64,000 nt of DNA from Minisyncoccota bacterium (GTDB lineage Bacteria; Patescibacteriota; Minisyncoccia; Phycocordibacterales; UBA9973). Positions 36,875 to 46,869 of the stretch are shown here, one piece after another. Numbering within the stretch: the stretch's first letter is position 1; each line of letters begins with the position of its first letter. Position numbers and translations under genes: made by a program. The DNA is taken from assembly GCA_041659785.1 (NCBI GenBank), contig JBAZXO010000001.1, forward strand, positions 19,795 through 83,794. Direction: 5' to 3'. The notes beneath the pieces were generated by a model that had not been told where the DNA came from, searched no databases, and saw nothing but the letters and a program-made list of their open reading frames with translations.

Positions 36875-37861
36875 ATGAATAAAAAAATATTAAGTTTGTT
36901 TGTTTTATTGGTATTGGTTTCGGGGGCAACTAAAACTTTTGCATCTTTAACATTTAGCTCTGCTGCCATTACAGGAGACACAGCTTCTACGATAGACGTA
37001 GGTGCAGGAAATGCGTTATCGTTACAGACTACAAATAATGGGAATATTATTACAGGAAGTGGAAATTTTGGAGTTGGTATTGGTATACCTACACAAAAAC
37101 TTGATGTTGTCGGTTTTGTTAATACTGATCTTGGTTATAAACAAGCAGGAAATACAATTCTTTTTACCAAAACTTCTAATCATTCTACTGCTGTGGGTGC
37201 TTCTTCTGCAGCTTCATGGATGGCTACTACGCCTCTTGATTATTCTGCAACTGCTGTAGGCTATGGCGCTCTTGCAACAACTCCTGTAGATGTTGGAGGT
37301 TTAGCATGGGATAATTCTGCTTTCGGAGTTAATTCTCTTGCAAGTACTACAACAGGTGGATATAACGTTGCAGTTGGTGGTTATTCTCTTTTTTCTAACA
37401 CTACAGGTTGGTTTAACACTACAATAGGTGATTCATCTCTTGGTTCAACCACTACAGGATGGGGTAATAGTGCTAATGGGAATGGGGCTCTTTTATCTAA
37501 CACCACAGGCTCATACAATACAGCACTCGGCATGAGTGCTCTTTATTATAATTCAGTGGGTTCCAATAATATTGCCTTGGGGCATAATGCTGGTAGTTAC
37601 GAAACAGGTTCAAATTCTTTTTATGTAGACAATCAAGATCGTTTAAATACTGCAGGAGATAAAGCGAATGCTATTCTTTATGGAATAATGGCACCAGCGG
37701 CAGTTAATCAGACATTGCATATCAATGCAGTAGTGATGCCAATCCAGGCTACGACAGCTGCTGCACCAGCTTATGTAAAGGGAGGAATGTATTTTGATAC
37801 AACTTTAAATAAGTTAAGAGTAGGGGGAGCGACTGGTTGGGAAACAGTTACTTCATCATAA
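36875..37861 (+). CDS. Secreted adhesin-like protein with beta-roll repeats (paralog of 25197-26282)
   Basis: Near-identical N-terminal ~60 aa; NTTG repeats; C-terminal G-x-MYFDTT-x-NKL-x-V...GW motif. Confidence 0.65.
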   Translation: MNKKILSLFVLLVLVSGATKTFASLTFSSAAITGDTASTIDVGAGNALSLQTTNNGNIITGSGNFGVGIGIPTQKLDVVGFVNTDLGYKQAGNTILFTKTSNHSTAVGASSAASWMATTPLDYSATAVGYGALATTPVDVGGLAWDNSAFGVNSLASTTTGGYNVAVGGYSLFSNTTGWFNTTIGDSSLGSTTTGWGNSANGNGALLSNTTGSYNTALGMSALYYNSVGSNNIALGHNAGSYETGSNSFYVDNQDRLNTAGDKANAILYGIMAPAAVNQTLHINAVVMPIQATTAAAPAYVKGGMYFDTTLNKLRVGGATGWETVTSS

Positions 37862-37873
37862 AAAGTAATTTAT

Positions 37874-37898
37874 AAAAAGCCCCCATTGGGGGCTTTTG
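37874..37898 (+). terminator. Intrinsic terminator
   Basis: AAAAGCCCCC-ATT-GGGGGCTTTT. Confidence 0.7.
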
Positions 37899-37930
37899 GT
37901 TTTAGAAGATAAATTGTATAATAGTATTAT

Positions 37931-40072
37931 ATGGACTTGCCAGAAATACCTATAAATAAAGATGTTACCTATCTGGGTCTTACTACTTTTCGTGACAAAA
38001 ATCAGCTCTTCGGCATAAAGCGCAAGGACAGACGCCAGCATGTTTATATTCTCGGAAAGTCAGGTACGGGTAAATCTGTGCTCATGTTCAACATGATTAT
38101 TCAGAACATCCAGAATGGCGAAGGTGTCTGCGTAGTTGACCCGCACGGAGAGCTCGTAGAAGGAGTCTTGTCGGCTATTCCACCGGAACGTATTAAAGAT
38201 GTAGTTTATTTCAACCCTGCTGATGCCGATCACCATATTGGTTTCAACGTTTTAGAATTAATTGATCCTCAATACAAACATCTCGTGGCTTCAGGGCTCA
38301 TGGGTATTTTCACTAAAATTTGGGCGAATGCATGGAGTGCCCGAATGGAATATATTTTAAACAATTGTATTTTAGCTTTGCTCGATACTCCAGGTACGAC
38401 ACTGCTCGGCATTCCTAGAATGCTCGTCGATAAAGATTATCGCCAGAAAATAATTGCGAATTTAAAAGACCCAGTTATTAAGGCTTTCTGGATTCACGAG
38501 TATGAAGCTTGGCAAGATAAATTTAGAAATGAAGCGATCGCTCCGATTCAAAACAAAGTCGGGCAATTTCTCTCTACATCCATCATCCGCAATGTCGTCG
38601 GTCAATCTTTAAGTACTATAAATATTTTCGACATCATGAATGATGGGAAGATTTTCCTCGTAAACGTTTCGAAAGGGCGCATCGGTGAAGATAACTCTGG
38701 CCTCCTAGGAGGAATGATCATTACCAAAATTCAGCTCGCTGCGATGGAGCGTGTTCGTATTCCGGAAGATCATCGTAAAGACTTTTACCTATATGTCGAC
38801 GAATTCCAGAATTTCGTGACGGACGCTTTTGCAGGTATTTTGTCTGAGGCTAGAAAATACAGATTGAACCTTACTGTTGCCCACCAATACACTGCCCAGC
38901 TCGTCGTGGACAAGAGTTCTGCCGTGCGAGATGCTGTCTTTGGAAACGTGGGTACGATGATTGTCTTTCGTGTTGGCTCTGATGATGCAGACTTCTTGGA
39001 AAAAGAATTTGATCCAGAATTTACTCCTTCGGACATTGTTAATTTGCCGAATTATAAAATTTATTTGAAATTAATGATAGATGGAGTTACGTCTAGACCT
39101 TTTTCTGCGAAGACACTTCCACCTATGGTTAAGTCCGGTGATAAAAAAGTAGAAGAAGCAGTTATCAAATCTTCTCGTGAACTTTATTGTAGACCCAAGG
39201 AATTAGTAGAAAGAGAAATTAATGACTGGAGCGGAATGTCACTTGGGAATTATAGTGAATCAGGAGGGGGAGCGGGTATGGAGAAATTCCCAGTTATCTG
39301 TTCACTTTGTAAACTAGAAAAGACTGTACCTTTCAAGCCAGAGCCAGGCAGAGCTGTTTATTGTAAGGAATGTATTGCAAAAATAAAATCCGGAGAGGTA
39401 AAGGTAGAGAAAAAAGGACAAGATCAAATAAATTACGATGAATCTAAATTTTTTAAACCGTTAGCTGATTTAGGTATAGAATTTCAACCAAAGAATGTAA
39501 AAGTTGAAGAAGAAAACAGATATCCTGAGAGAGTAGAGAAACATACTTCAGCACCAACAAAACCTTCTTCTGTGCCAAAACCATATATTTCTGCAAATAA
39601 ACCCTCCTCTTCGGCGGGCAGGCCAGGAATTATGGGGGCAATTAAAAAAGTTTTTGTTCCCACTCCAAAGGTAAACCAAAATAAAGCTGAGGCTCCTAAA
39701 AAAATAGATAATTCAGCACTTAGGGAAGTTTTAAATAAAACTTTACATAGTGAACAGGCGAGCCCGGTGATTCCAACTCCAGCACCAGTCAAGACTCCTG
39801 TGCCAGAGCCTGTTTCTCTTGATTCCTTAAAAGATAAAATAAAAGAAGAAGATAAAAAACTTGCCCGTCCATCTGGTGGAAATTTTTCATCATACAATGA
39901 TCGTTCTGCTGGCGCAGATGAGATGAATAAATTGAAAAATTTGATTTCAGAAAAAATTGAAACTAAAAAAGAAGAAGTAGCTCCAGCTCCAGCTCCAACA
40001 CCAATTCCGATACCTCAAAAACCAGCAACAAAAGAAGTACCTGAAGATGTTTTAAGAAAAGTTTTAGAATAA
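37931..40072 (+). CDS. VirD4/TraG/TrwB-like (HerA-FtsK superfamily) ATPase with a CxxC-x17-CxxC Zn ribbon and disordered tail
   Basis: DRRQH, GKSGTGKS, DPHGE, YVDEFQNF, SEARKY; CSLC...CKEC. Confidence 0.85.
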   Translation: MDLPEIPINKDVTYLGLTTFRDKNQLFGIKRKDRRQHVYILGKSGTGKSVLMFNMIIQNIQNGEGVCVVDPHGELVEGVLSAIPPERIKDVVYFNPADADHHIGFNVLELIDPQYKHLVASGLMGIFTKIWANAWSARMEYILNNCILALLDTPGTTLLGIPRMLVDKDYRQKIIANLKDPVIKAFWIHEYEAWQDKFRNEAIAPIQNKVGQFLSTSIIRNVVGQSLSTINIFDIMNDGKIFLVNVSKGRIGEDNSGLLGGMIITKIQLAAMERVRIPEDHRKDFYLYVDEFQNFVTDAFAGILSEARKYRLNLTVAHQYTAQLVVDKSSAVRDAVFGNVGTMIVFRVGSDDADFLEKEFDPEFTPSDIVNLPNYKIYLKLMIDGVTSRPFSAKTLPPMVKSGDKKVEEAVIKSSRELYCRPKELVEREINDWSGMSLGNYSESGGGAGMEKFPVICSLCKLEKTVPFKPEPGRAVYCKECIAKIKSGEVKVEKKGQDQINYDESKFFKPLADLGIEFQPKNVKVEEENRYPERVEKHTSAPTKPSSVPKPYISANKPSSSAGRPGIMGAIKKVFVPTPKVNQNKAEAPKKIDNSALREVLNKTLHSEQASPVIPTPAPVKTPVPEPVSLDSLKDKIKEEDKKLARPSGGNFSSYNDRSAGADEMNKLKNLISEKIETKKEEVAPAPAPTPIPIPQKPATKEVPEDVLRKVLE

Positions 40073-40075
40073 TAT

Positions 40076-41539
40076 ATGGCAAAGTCTAATAGAGTACAGA
40101 TAATAAAATATGCTCCGCCACCACCAGAATTACCAGTCTTCGGAAAGGTAAAGCCAGAAGATGTGTCTTTTATTGGGCGGACAAATTATGTAGCTTCTCT
40201 AGAAGAAAAGAAGTTTGTTTTCGGCATCAAGAGAGTAGACCGCCGAAGACATCTTTATATTATCGGAAAGTCCGGAGTCGGTAAGACGAAATTGCTCGAG
40301 CTTTTTATACGTCAAGATGTTTCTTATAATCATGGATTGTGTTTGATCGATCCACACGGAGACGTCATAGATTCCATGCTTGATTATATTCCTAAAGATC
40401 GTATCGAAGATGTTTGCATTATAGATCCTTCTGATATTGATTTTCCGGCTTCTTTCAACCCACTAGCGAACGTGGACCCAATGTTTAAGTTTCAGCTCAC
40501 TCAAGGCCTCATTGAAGTTTTCCAGAAACAATTCGGAGCAAATTGGACGCCTCGTCTAGAACACGTTTTTCGTTTTACTTGTTTAGCACTCCTAGATTAT
40601 CCTCATGCCACGATGCGTGGAATGATTTCAATGCTTACTGACAGAAATTACAGACAGAAAGTCGTGGAATACATTACAGACGACATGGTGAAGAGATTCT
40701 TCGCTATTGAGTTCGCAGACTGGTCTGAGAAATTCGATACAGACGCTATCATTCCACTTGTAAACAAACTCGGTCAATTCCTCTCAGACCCACTTCTCCG
40801 AAATATTTTCGGACAGAAGCAAAACAAAATAGATATCACTAAATTAATGAATGAAGGGAAAATAATCCTTATCAATCTTTCTAAAGGGCGCCTTGGTGAA
40901 GAAAATTCTTCTTTTCTTGGTTCTATATTTTTAACAAAAATAAAACAAGCTGGTATGGAGCGTGCTGCTATTCCTGAACAAGATCGTAACGACTTTTATC
41001 TCTATGTGGATGAGTTCCAAAACGTCGTGACACAGACCTTCGAAAATATTTTATCAGAAGCTAGAAAATATGGCTTGAATTTAACAATTGCCCATCAGTA
41101 TGTGGGACAGATTTTACCTAAAGTGCATCAGGCCGTGCTCGGAAATGTCGGAAGTGTAATTTGTTTCCGTGTCGGCGGTGAAGATGCTGTAAAACTAAAG
41201 CCAGAATTCGCACCCGTTTTCGACGTAAAGGATATGATCAACCTTGCTGTAGCAGAATTTTATATAAAAATGACGATTGATGGGGAGTCTTATGACCCAT
41301 TTTCTGCAGAGACTCTACGTGTATTACCACCAACTCATCCTTCATACAGGCAAGAGATTATAGACGCATCTCGCAGAAAATATTCGATACCCAAGGATGA
41401 TGCAGCGACGCTTATAGCTGAAGAAGAAGCTACAATTATTCGAAGTGTAGAAGAAAAAGCGATAATTGAAGGTAAGACAAAAAGAAAAGATAGAGAAGAT
41501 AATTCAGAAACTTCCCAAGAAGGGGAGCCTATGATATAG
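40076..41539 (+). CDS. Second VirD4/TraG-like ATPase
   Basis: DRRRH, GKSGVGKT, DPHGD, YVDEFQN, SEARKY. Confidence 0.85.
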   Translation: MAKSNRVQIIKYAPPPPELPVFGKVKPEDVSFIGRTNYVASLEEKKFVFGIKRVDRRRHLYIIGKSGVGKTKLLELFIRQDVSYNHGLCLIDPHGDVIDSMLDYIPKDRIEDVCIIDPSDIDFPASFNPLANVDPMFKFQLTQGLIEVFQKQFGANWTPRLEHVFRFTCLALLDYPHATMRGMISMLTDRNYRQKVVEYITDDMVKRFFAIEFADWSEKFDTDAIIPLVNKLGQFLSDPLLRNIFGQKQNKIDITKLMNEGKIILINLSKGRLGEENSSFLGSIFLTKIKQAGMERAAIPEQDRNDFYLYVDEFQNVVTQTFENILSEARKYGLNLTIAHQYVGQILPKVHQAVLGNVGSVICFRVGGEDAVKLKPEFAPVFDVKDMINLAVAEFYIKMTIDGESYDPFSAETLRVLPPTHPSYRQEIIDASRRKYSIPKDDAATLIAEEEATIIRSVEEKAIIEGKTKRKDREDNSETSQEGEPMI

Positions 41540-41554
41540 TTTTCAAACGTAATT

Positions 41555-42424
41555 ATGTCAAAAGATTATTATGAAATTTTAGGCGTTAATAAAGGTGCGT
41601 CAAAGGACGAAATTAAAAAGGCTTTTTATAAGTTGGCGCACAAATATCATCCTGATAAAAAGGGTGGGAATGAAGAGCAGTTTAAAAAGGTAAACGAAGC
41701 CTATCAAGTTCTCTCTGATGATGCGAAACGCGCAAAATATGATCAATATGGCTCAGGCTTTGAGAGTGCGGGAGCGGGAGGGTATGGAGGAGGTCAGGGC
41801 TTTGGAGGGTTTGATTTCAATGGAGGTTTTCAAGGAAGTGGTGCCGATTTTGATTTCGGAAACCTAAATGACATATTTAGTGATTTTTTTGGTGGCGGGG
41901 GTGGAATGGGTGGAGGTAGACCTCAGTCTCGTCGTGGACGCGATATTTCTACTGAGATACAGATTTCTCTCACTGACTCTATGTTGGGTTTAAATAAAAA
42001 GATTTTACTCACAAAGATGTCGACTTGTCTTACTTGTAATGGTTCTGGCGCGAAGGCTGGATCAAAGATGGAAACCTGTAAGCATTGTAATGGCCAAGGT
42101 AAAATTCACGAACAAAAGAGAACAATCTTTGGGAACATTGGGAGCACAAGAGCTTGTGAAGTTTGTTTCGGTACAGGAGAAGTTCCAAAAGAAAAATGCG
42201 AAACATGTAAAGGTAAAGGTGTACTCCGTCGTGAAGAAGAAGTCTCAATCAATATTCCTGTCGGCATACGTGATGGGCAGACATTAAAAATGTCAGGTTA
42301 TGGAGAAGCAGTTTCGAGAGGTACTACAGGAGATCTCCTCATACAAATAAAAGTAAAAATACCTAATAAAATTTCTAAAAAAGCCCGTGAGCTTTTAGAA
42401 GAGCTTAAAAAAGAAGGAATTTAG
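41555..42424 (+). CDS. dnaJ: Chaperone DnaJ (shortened C-terminal domain)
   Basis: J domain with HPD, G/F region, four CxxCxGxG repeats. Confidence 0.93.
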   Translation: MSKDYYEILGVNKGASKDEIKKAFYKLAHKYHPDKKGGNEEQFKKVNEAYQVLSDDAKRAKYDQYGSGFESAGAGGYGGGQGFGGFDFNGGFQGSGADFDFGNLNDIFSDFFGGGGGMGGGRPQSRRGRDISTEIQISLTDSMLGLNKKILLTKMSTCLTCNGSGAKAGSKMETCKHCNGQGKIHEQKRTIFGNIGSTRACEVCFGTGEVPKEKCETCKGKGVLRREEEVSINIPVGIRDGQTLKMSGYGEAVSRGTTGDLLIQIKVKIPNKISKKARELLEELKKEGI

Positions 42425-42463
42425 TGTTTCCCGGACACCAGGTGTCCGGGTGGGGAAAAATTT

Positions 42464-43054
42464 ATGATTCCAGAAAATATAATTTATATTACGATTCTTA
42501 TAAGCCTACTCGGATACTTTTTTTATTTAAAGGATATGCTTTTTGGGCAGACTAGACCTAATTTAGTCTCCTGGTTTATTTGGATGCTGGCTCCATTTAT
42601 TGGAGTTTTCTTTCAGTTAAAAGCTGGGGCAGGACTTTCGGTGTTACCTATATTTATGGCAGGGTTTGGCCCTCTTGTGGTAATAATCGTTTCCTTTTGG
42701 AAAAAAAATGCTTATTTTAAAATTAATAACTTAGATATAGTTTGTGGAATATTTGCGTTGCTAGCTTTAGTACTTTATGTACTCACTCACAATTTAGGTA
42801 TATCTATTCTTTTTGCGATTTTGAGTGATGGTTTAGCAGCAATACCAACAATTATAAAATCTTGGAAGTTTCCAGAGACCGAAACAGTGTCGGTTTATTT
42901 ACCGGGTGTTATAAATAATGTTTTAGCCTTGTTTATAATTAAAGATTGGAGTTTTACTATTTATAGTTTTAGTCTTTATTTGGTTATAGTAAATGTAATT
43001 ATAATTTTTATCTTATATCGTAAAAAGATTTTTAGAACACAGACTATTTCTTAA
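42464..43054 (+). CDS. Hypothetical multi-pass membrane protein (PQ-loop/SWEET-like pattern possible)
   Basis: ~7 TM helices; T-x-PN-x-x-SW and IPTI-x-KSW-x-x-P-x-TE motifs. Confidence 0.55.
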   Translation: MIPENIIYITILISLLGYFFYLKDMLFGQTRPNLVSWFIWMLAPFIGVFFQLKAGAGLSVLPIFMAGFGPLVVIIVSFWKKNAYFKINNLDIVCGIFALLALVLYVLTHNLGISILFAILSDGLAAIPTIIKSWKFPETETVSVYLPGVINNVLALFIIKDWSFTIYSFSLYLVIVNVIIIFILYRKKIFRTQTIS

Positions 43055-43934
43055 ATCTCTTTTGAAATTTATTTGCGATGATAGTGTAGGCTAGTTGCGC
43101 TGCTCCATATTCAGTGAGTACAGAATCAGGTATGGGGGAGACTTCTACGATGTCTGCGCCAATTAGCTCGGATTTCTTTATAGCTTTTTCAATAAGATCT
43201 ATTCCATACCACCACTCGAGTCCTCCTTGGACAGACGTACCAGTACCTGGCATATGTGCAGGGTCGAAACCATCTACGTCTATAGTGATATAAAGATATT
43301 TTGTTTTTATTGCTTTTAGGATTTCAGCTACGGTCGGAATTTTTTTATTTCCCCATTCGAAAACAGTAACTTTATTTTTTTTATTACTGAAATATTCGTA
43401 TTCATCTTTTGAATAAGTTCTTATCCCGACTTGTACGAGGGGGTAGCCGAGGGAGCTCGCATGGCGCATAACAGTAGAGTGTGCGAGAGGTGAAGGGTTA
43501 TCACTATAATCACTATCATCTTTCCTTAAATCACAATGCGCATCTATTTGCATAATTGTGACATCCTTGGGATTATATTTTTTAGCTAAAGCTTGGAATA
43601 CACCAATAGAGACAGAGTGTTCACCACCTAAAAGGAAAATAAATTTATTCTTTTCTACGAGTTTCTGAGCATTACTTCTTATCTTCTCTAATGTTTGAGT
43701 GGGGGATAGATTTTCCAAGTTGTCGAGATATAAATGTGAGATTTTTACAAAATCCCGTACTTCTACCTTAAATTTTCTATCAAAAAATTCAATTTGAGAA
43801 TCCAAGCATTCGATTACCTTTTCTGGACCGTAGACAGTTCCCTTGTGTGATGAAGCTGTTTTTTCATATCCTGCAGACATTAATACTACATCTGCTTTAT
43901 CTAAATTTTTCTCATTTATTATTGTTTTTACCAT
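43044..43934 (-). CDS. speB: Agmatinase (ureohydrolase family)
   Basis: GGEHS, DAHCDLR, DVDGFDP, PGTG, DIVEV. Confidence 0.88.
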   Translation of the reverse strand: MVKTIINEKNLDKADVVLMSAGYEKTASSHKGTVYGPEKVIECLDSQIEFFDRKFKVEVRDFVKISHLYLDNLENLSPTQTLEKIRSNAQKLVEKNKFIFLLGGEHSVSIGVFQALAKKYNPKDVTIMQIDAHCDLRKDDSDYSDNPSPLAHSTVMRHASSLGYPLVQVGIRTYSKDEYEYFSNKKNKVTVFEWGNKKIPTVAEILKAIKTKYLYITIDVDGFDPAHMPGTGTSVQGGLEWWYGIDLIEKAIKKSELIGADIVEVSPIPDSVLTEYGAAQLAYTIIANKFQKRFKK

Positions 43935-43972
43935 ATATATTTAACCTAACATTCTATACTTATAATGCAAAT

Positions 43973-45394
43973 TTAAATCTTAGAAATCTTTTGCCCCATG
44001 TTTGTATCCTTAACTTCATAACCCAGAGAATTTATTTTTTCTCGAAGCTCATCGGACTTTTTAAAATCTTTATCCTTGCGAGCTTGTTCGCGTTCTTCGG
44101 CTAGCTTTTTTACTTCTTCAGGAATTACGTCTTCCTTTAAGTGTTCGAAGCCTAACCCTAACACTTTATCGAAGTCTAAAATTGTAGCTTTCTTGTCGGC
44201 GTCTGACATGTTTTCATCTTTAAAAACATCCCACAATAATGCTAAAGCCCTAGGGGTGTCTAGGTCGTCTTCTATGTATTCTTTAAACTTATTTTGGTAT
44301 TCCTTATGTACATGGCCCACTTGCCCCGTCCTTGGCGGGGACTCATTTGCCCCCGCCTCAGGCGGGACAAGAAGCCCTAAATAAAGGCCATAAAGGCGTT
44401 TTAAGGCTGTTTCAGCGCCCTCGAGTGCTTCCCATACAAAGTTGACTTTAGTACGATAGCTAGCCATTAAAAGCCAAAAACGATAGGTTATAGGGTTTAT
44501 GTTTTTTTCAATTAAACTTTCCAATCTTAAAAAATTATTTGCTGATTTAGACATTTTCTCGTTACCTGTATCAACAAATTCACTATGCATCCAGAATTTA
44601 ACAAAAGGCTTTTTACCAGTAGCGCATTCTGATTGAGCTATTTCATTTGTGTGATGTGTAGGTATAAGATCAATGCCCCCTGTGTGAATATCAAATTGTT
44701 CACCAAGAAATTTTAGACCCATAGCAGAACATTCAATGTGCCATCCCGGAAAACCAATTCCGAAAGGGGATTCAAAACCAATTTTATTATCAGTCTTCCA
44801 CAATGCGAAATCTTCAGGATTTATTTTTTCAGAATTTTCTGTTACCCTAGCTCCTTCTTTGTTCCAGTCCCTTTTACCACTCCAAAGTGCTCCATAGTCA
44901 GGCATTTTAGAAACATTGAAATATATTCCATCACTTGTTTTATATGTGTATCCTTTTTCTGTTAGTTTTTGGATTAATTCAATGTCTTCTTTAACATAAT
45001 CGCTTGCAAAATATAAACCTGAAGGCATTTCGATATTAAGGGCTTGTAAATCTTTTTTAAAACTTTCAGTATAAAATTCTGCAAGCTCACGCATGTTTTT
45101 TAGCGTTAATTCTTTTCCTTCTCGCAAAAGTCCCTTGGTCATTTTATCTTCACCAGAATCAGCATCACTTGAAAGATGCCCGATGTCAGTGATGTTCATG
45201 ACTTGCTTTACTATAAATCCTTCATATTGAAGAGTGCGATGTACCAAGTCGGCAAAAAAGAAAGAACGCAAATTACCTATATGGGTATAGTTATAAACTG
45301 TTGGGCCACAGGTATACATTCGTACCTCCTTCGGATCTATGGGGGTAAAAATGTCTTTTTCTTTAGTTAGAGTGTTGTAAAATTTTAAAGCCAT
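43973..45394 (-). CDS. cysS: Cysteinyl-tRNA synthetase
   Basis: CGPTVY, HIGN, DFALWK, PGWHIECS, KMSKS. Confidence 0.97.
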   Translation of the reverse strand: MALKFYNTLTKEKDIFTPIDPKEVRMYTCGPTVYNYTHIGNLRSFFFADLVHRTLQYEGFIVKQVMNITDIGHLSSDADSGEDKMTKGLLREGKELTLKNMRELAEFYTESFKKDLQALNIEMPSGLYFASDYVKEDIELIQKLTEKGYTYKTSDGIYFNVSKMPDYGALWSGKRDWNKEGARVTENSEKINPEDFALWKTDNKIGFESPFGIGFPGWHIECSAMGLKFLGEQFDIHTGGIDLIPTHHTNEIAQSECATGKKPFVKFWMHSEFVDTGNEKMSKSANNFLRLESLIEKNINPITYRFWLLMASYRTKVNFVWEALEGAETALKRLYGLYLGLLVPPEAGANESPPRTGQVGHVHKEYQNKFKEYIEDDLDTPRALALLWDVFKDENMSDADKKATILDFDKVLGLGFEHLKEDVIPEEVKKLAEEREQARKDKDFKKSDELREKINSLGYEVKDTNMGQKISKI

Positions 45395-45395
45395 T

Positions 45396-46403
45396 TTATT
45401 TAAATTCACTCTGGTATATATCAGTAAGGGTGTAGAGCAAAGAGACTGTTAGGGGACCAATTAAAATACCGACAGGGCCAAGTAGAGCGATACCTCCTAA
45501 TACAGAAAAGAGAATCAAGAATGGAGGGATGTTTATTTTATGTCCCACGATATACGGATTTAATAGATTGTCACCCATTCCTACGATAAGTATTGCCCAT
45601 GTAAGGAGACCTACAGCGAAACCCGTGTGTCCAGTAGCAAAAAGGAAAATAACTGCAGGTACGGATACGACGGCTGTGCCAAGTGGCGGCACGATAGAAG
45701 CAAGACCTGCAATCACTGCCCAGATGGCAGGATTTGGAACATGAAAGATAGTAAGACCGATGCCCATAAGTGTACCTTGAATTAAAGCAATTAAAAGATA
45801 ACCCTTTATCACACCATTTATCGTTTGGCTAAATCTATTGATTATTTTTTCGTCAGCAGTTTTTGAGAGAGGGCTCAATTGAAGAATAGTTTCTCTCCAT
45901 TTTTCTCCATCTTTTAAGAAATAGAAAATAGTTAAAAGTAATAATATGAATGAGAACAGTGTGGTGACAGTACTACTAAATATGTCTGCGATATTGTTTG
46001 TCAAAAAAGAAATGAGGATAGAAACCTTTTCATTTATGTCGAAAGATACACCATTTGGTAATATTTGAGTGATTTTATTTCCGATAGAGTCAATAAAAGG
46101 GATAGCATTTCCACTGCTAACGACAGAATGATAAAGATTTTGAGATTGATTGAAAACGATAGATCCAATCCCTAAAAGGGGGATACACAATACAATAATA
46201 AAGAAAAATAAAGTTAAAAATGAAGCAAACCAATTTGGCAGGCCTTTTTTATTGAGCCATGTATATACCGGGTAGAGTATTACAGAGATAGAAATCCCGA
46301 GCACGAGTACAATCCAAAAAGGACGAAAAATCAAAAAAGCGAAGATAAAAGTGGCAAATAAGAGCCCAAAGAAAAAGTACTTTTCTATAATTTTTGGTTG
46401 CAT
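45396..46403 (-). CDS. AI-2E family transporter
   Basis: F(Y)FL-x-DG, P-x-x-GT, DN-x-L-x-P, GG-x-x-x-x-G-x-x-G-x-x-IGP; start moved to ATG 46403 (TATAAT 6 nt upstream). Confidence 0.88.
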   Translation of the reverse strand: MQPKIIEKYFFFGLLFATFIFAFLIFRPFWIVLVLGISISVILYPVYTWLNKKGLPNWFASFLTLFFFIIVLCIPLLGIGSIVFNQSQNLYHSVVSSGNAIPFIDSIGNKITQILPNGVSFDINEKVSILISFLTNNIADIFSSTVTTLFSFILLLLTIFYFLKDGEKWRETILQLSPLSKTADEKIINRFSQTINGVIKGYLLIALIQGTLMGIGLTIFHVPNPAIWAVIAGLASIVPPLGTAVVSVPAVIFLFATGHTGFAVGLLTWAILIVGMGDNLLNPYIVGHKINIPPFLILFSVLGGIALLGPVGILIGPLTVSLLYTLTDIYQSEFK

Positions 46404-46421
46404 CTGTATATTATAGCTTGC

Positions 46422-46486
46422 CCGCACACTTACATGCAAGATATTGAGTACAATGCGCAAGGCGCGTCTTACAAGTAAGTGTGCGG
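46422..46486. repeat. MITE-like inverted-repeat element between divergent promoters
   Basis: CCGCACACTTAC ... GTAAGTGTGCGG; the inverted repeat extends to ~20 bp with mismatches. Confidence 0.65.
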
Positions 46487-46524
46487 ACTTGCCTTTTTGT
46501 GAAATATCGTATAATATGAAACTT

Positions 46525-46842
46525 ATGGAATTCGCAGTTATAACAACAGGTGGTAAGCAATATAAAGTCTCTGAAGGAGGCCTTGTTTCTATCGAAAAAA
46601 TAAAGGGAGAGTACAAGAAAGGGGACAAGTTGTCTTTCGATAAAGTCATGCTTGTAGATGATGGTAAAGATACCACTATCGGTACGCCTTATATTAAGGG
46701 TGCGAAAGTTGATGCTGAAATCGTAGAAATCGGCCGTTCTCGAAAAGTTATGGTTATAAAATATAAACAAAAGTCTCGTTATTTAAAGAGAAACGGTCAT
46801 CGTCAGCCATTCTTTAAAGTAAAGATTACCTCAATAAAATAA
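46525..46842 (+). CDS. rplU: 50S ribosomal protein L21
   Basis: AVI-x-TGGKQYKV, G-x-P, GHRQ. Confidence 0.95.
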   Translation: MEFAVITTGGKQYKVSEGGLVSIEKIKGEYKKGDKLSFDKVMLVDDGKDTTIGTPYIKGAKVDAEIVEIGRSRKVMVIKYKQKSRYLKRNGHRQPFFKVKITSIK

Positions 46843-46869
46843 AAAAACGAAGGACAGACCTTCGTTTTT

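Noticed and set aside
45396-46842. Long apparent overlap of the AI-2E and rplU ORFs
   Set aside because: Artefact of upstream start calls; likely starts are 46403(-) and 46525(+), with divergent promoters and an inverted-repeat element between them
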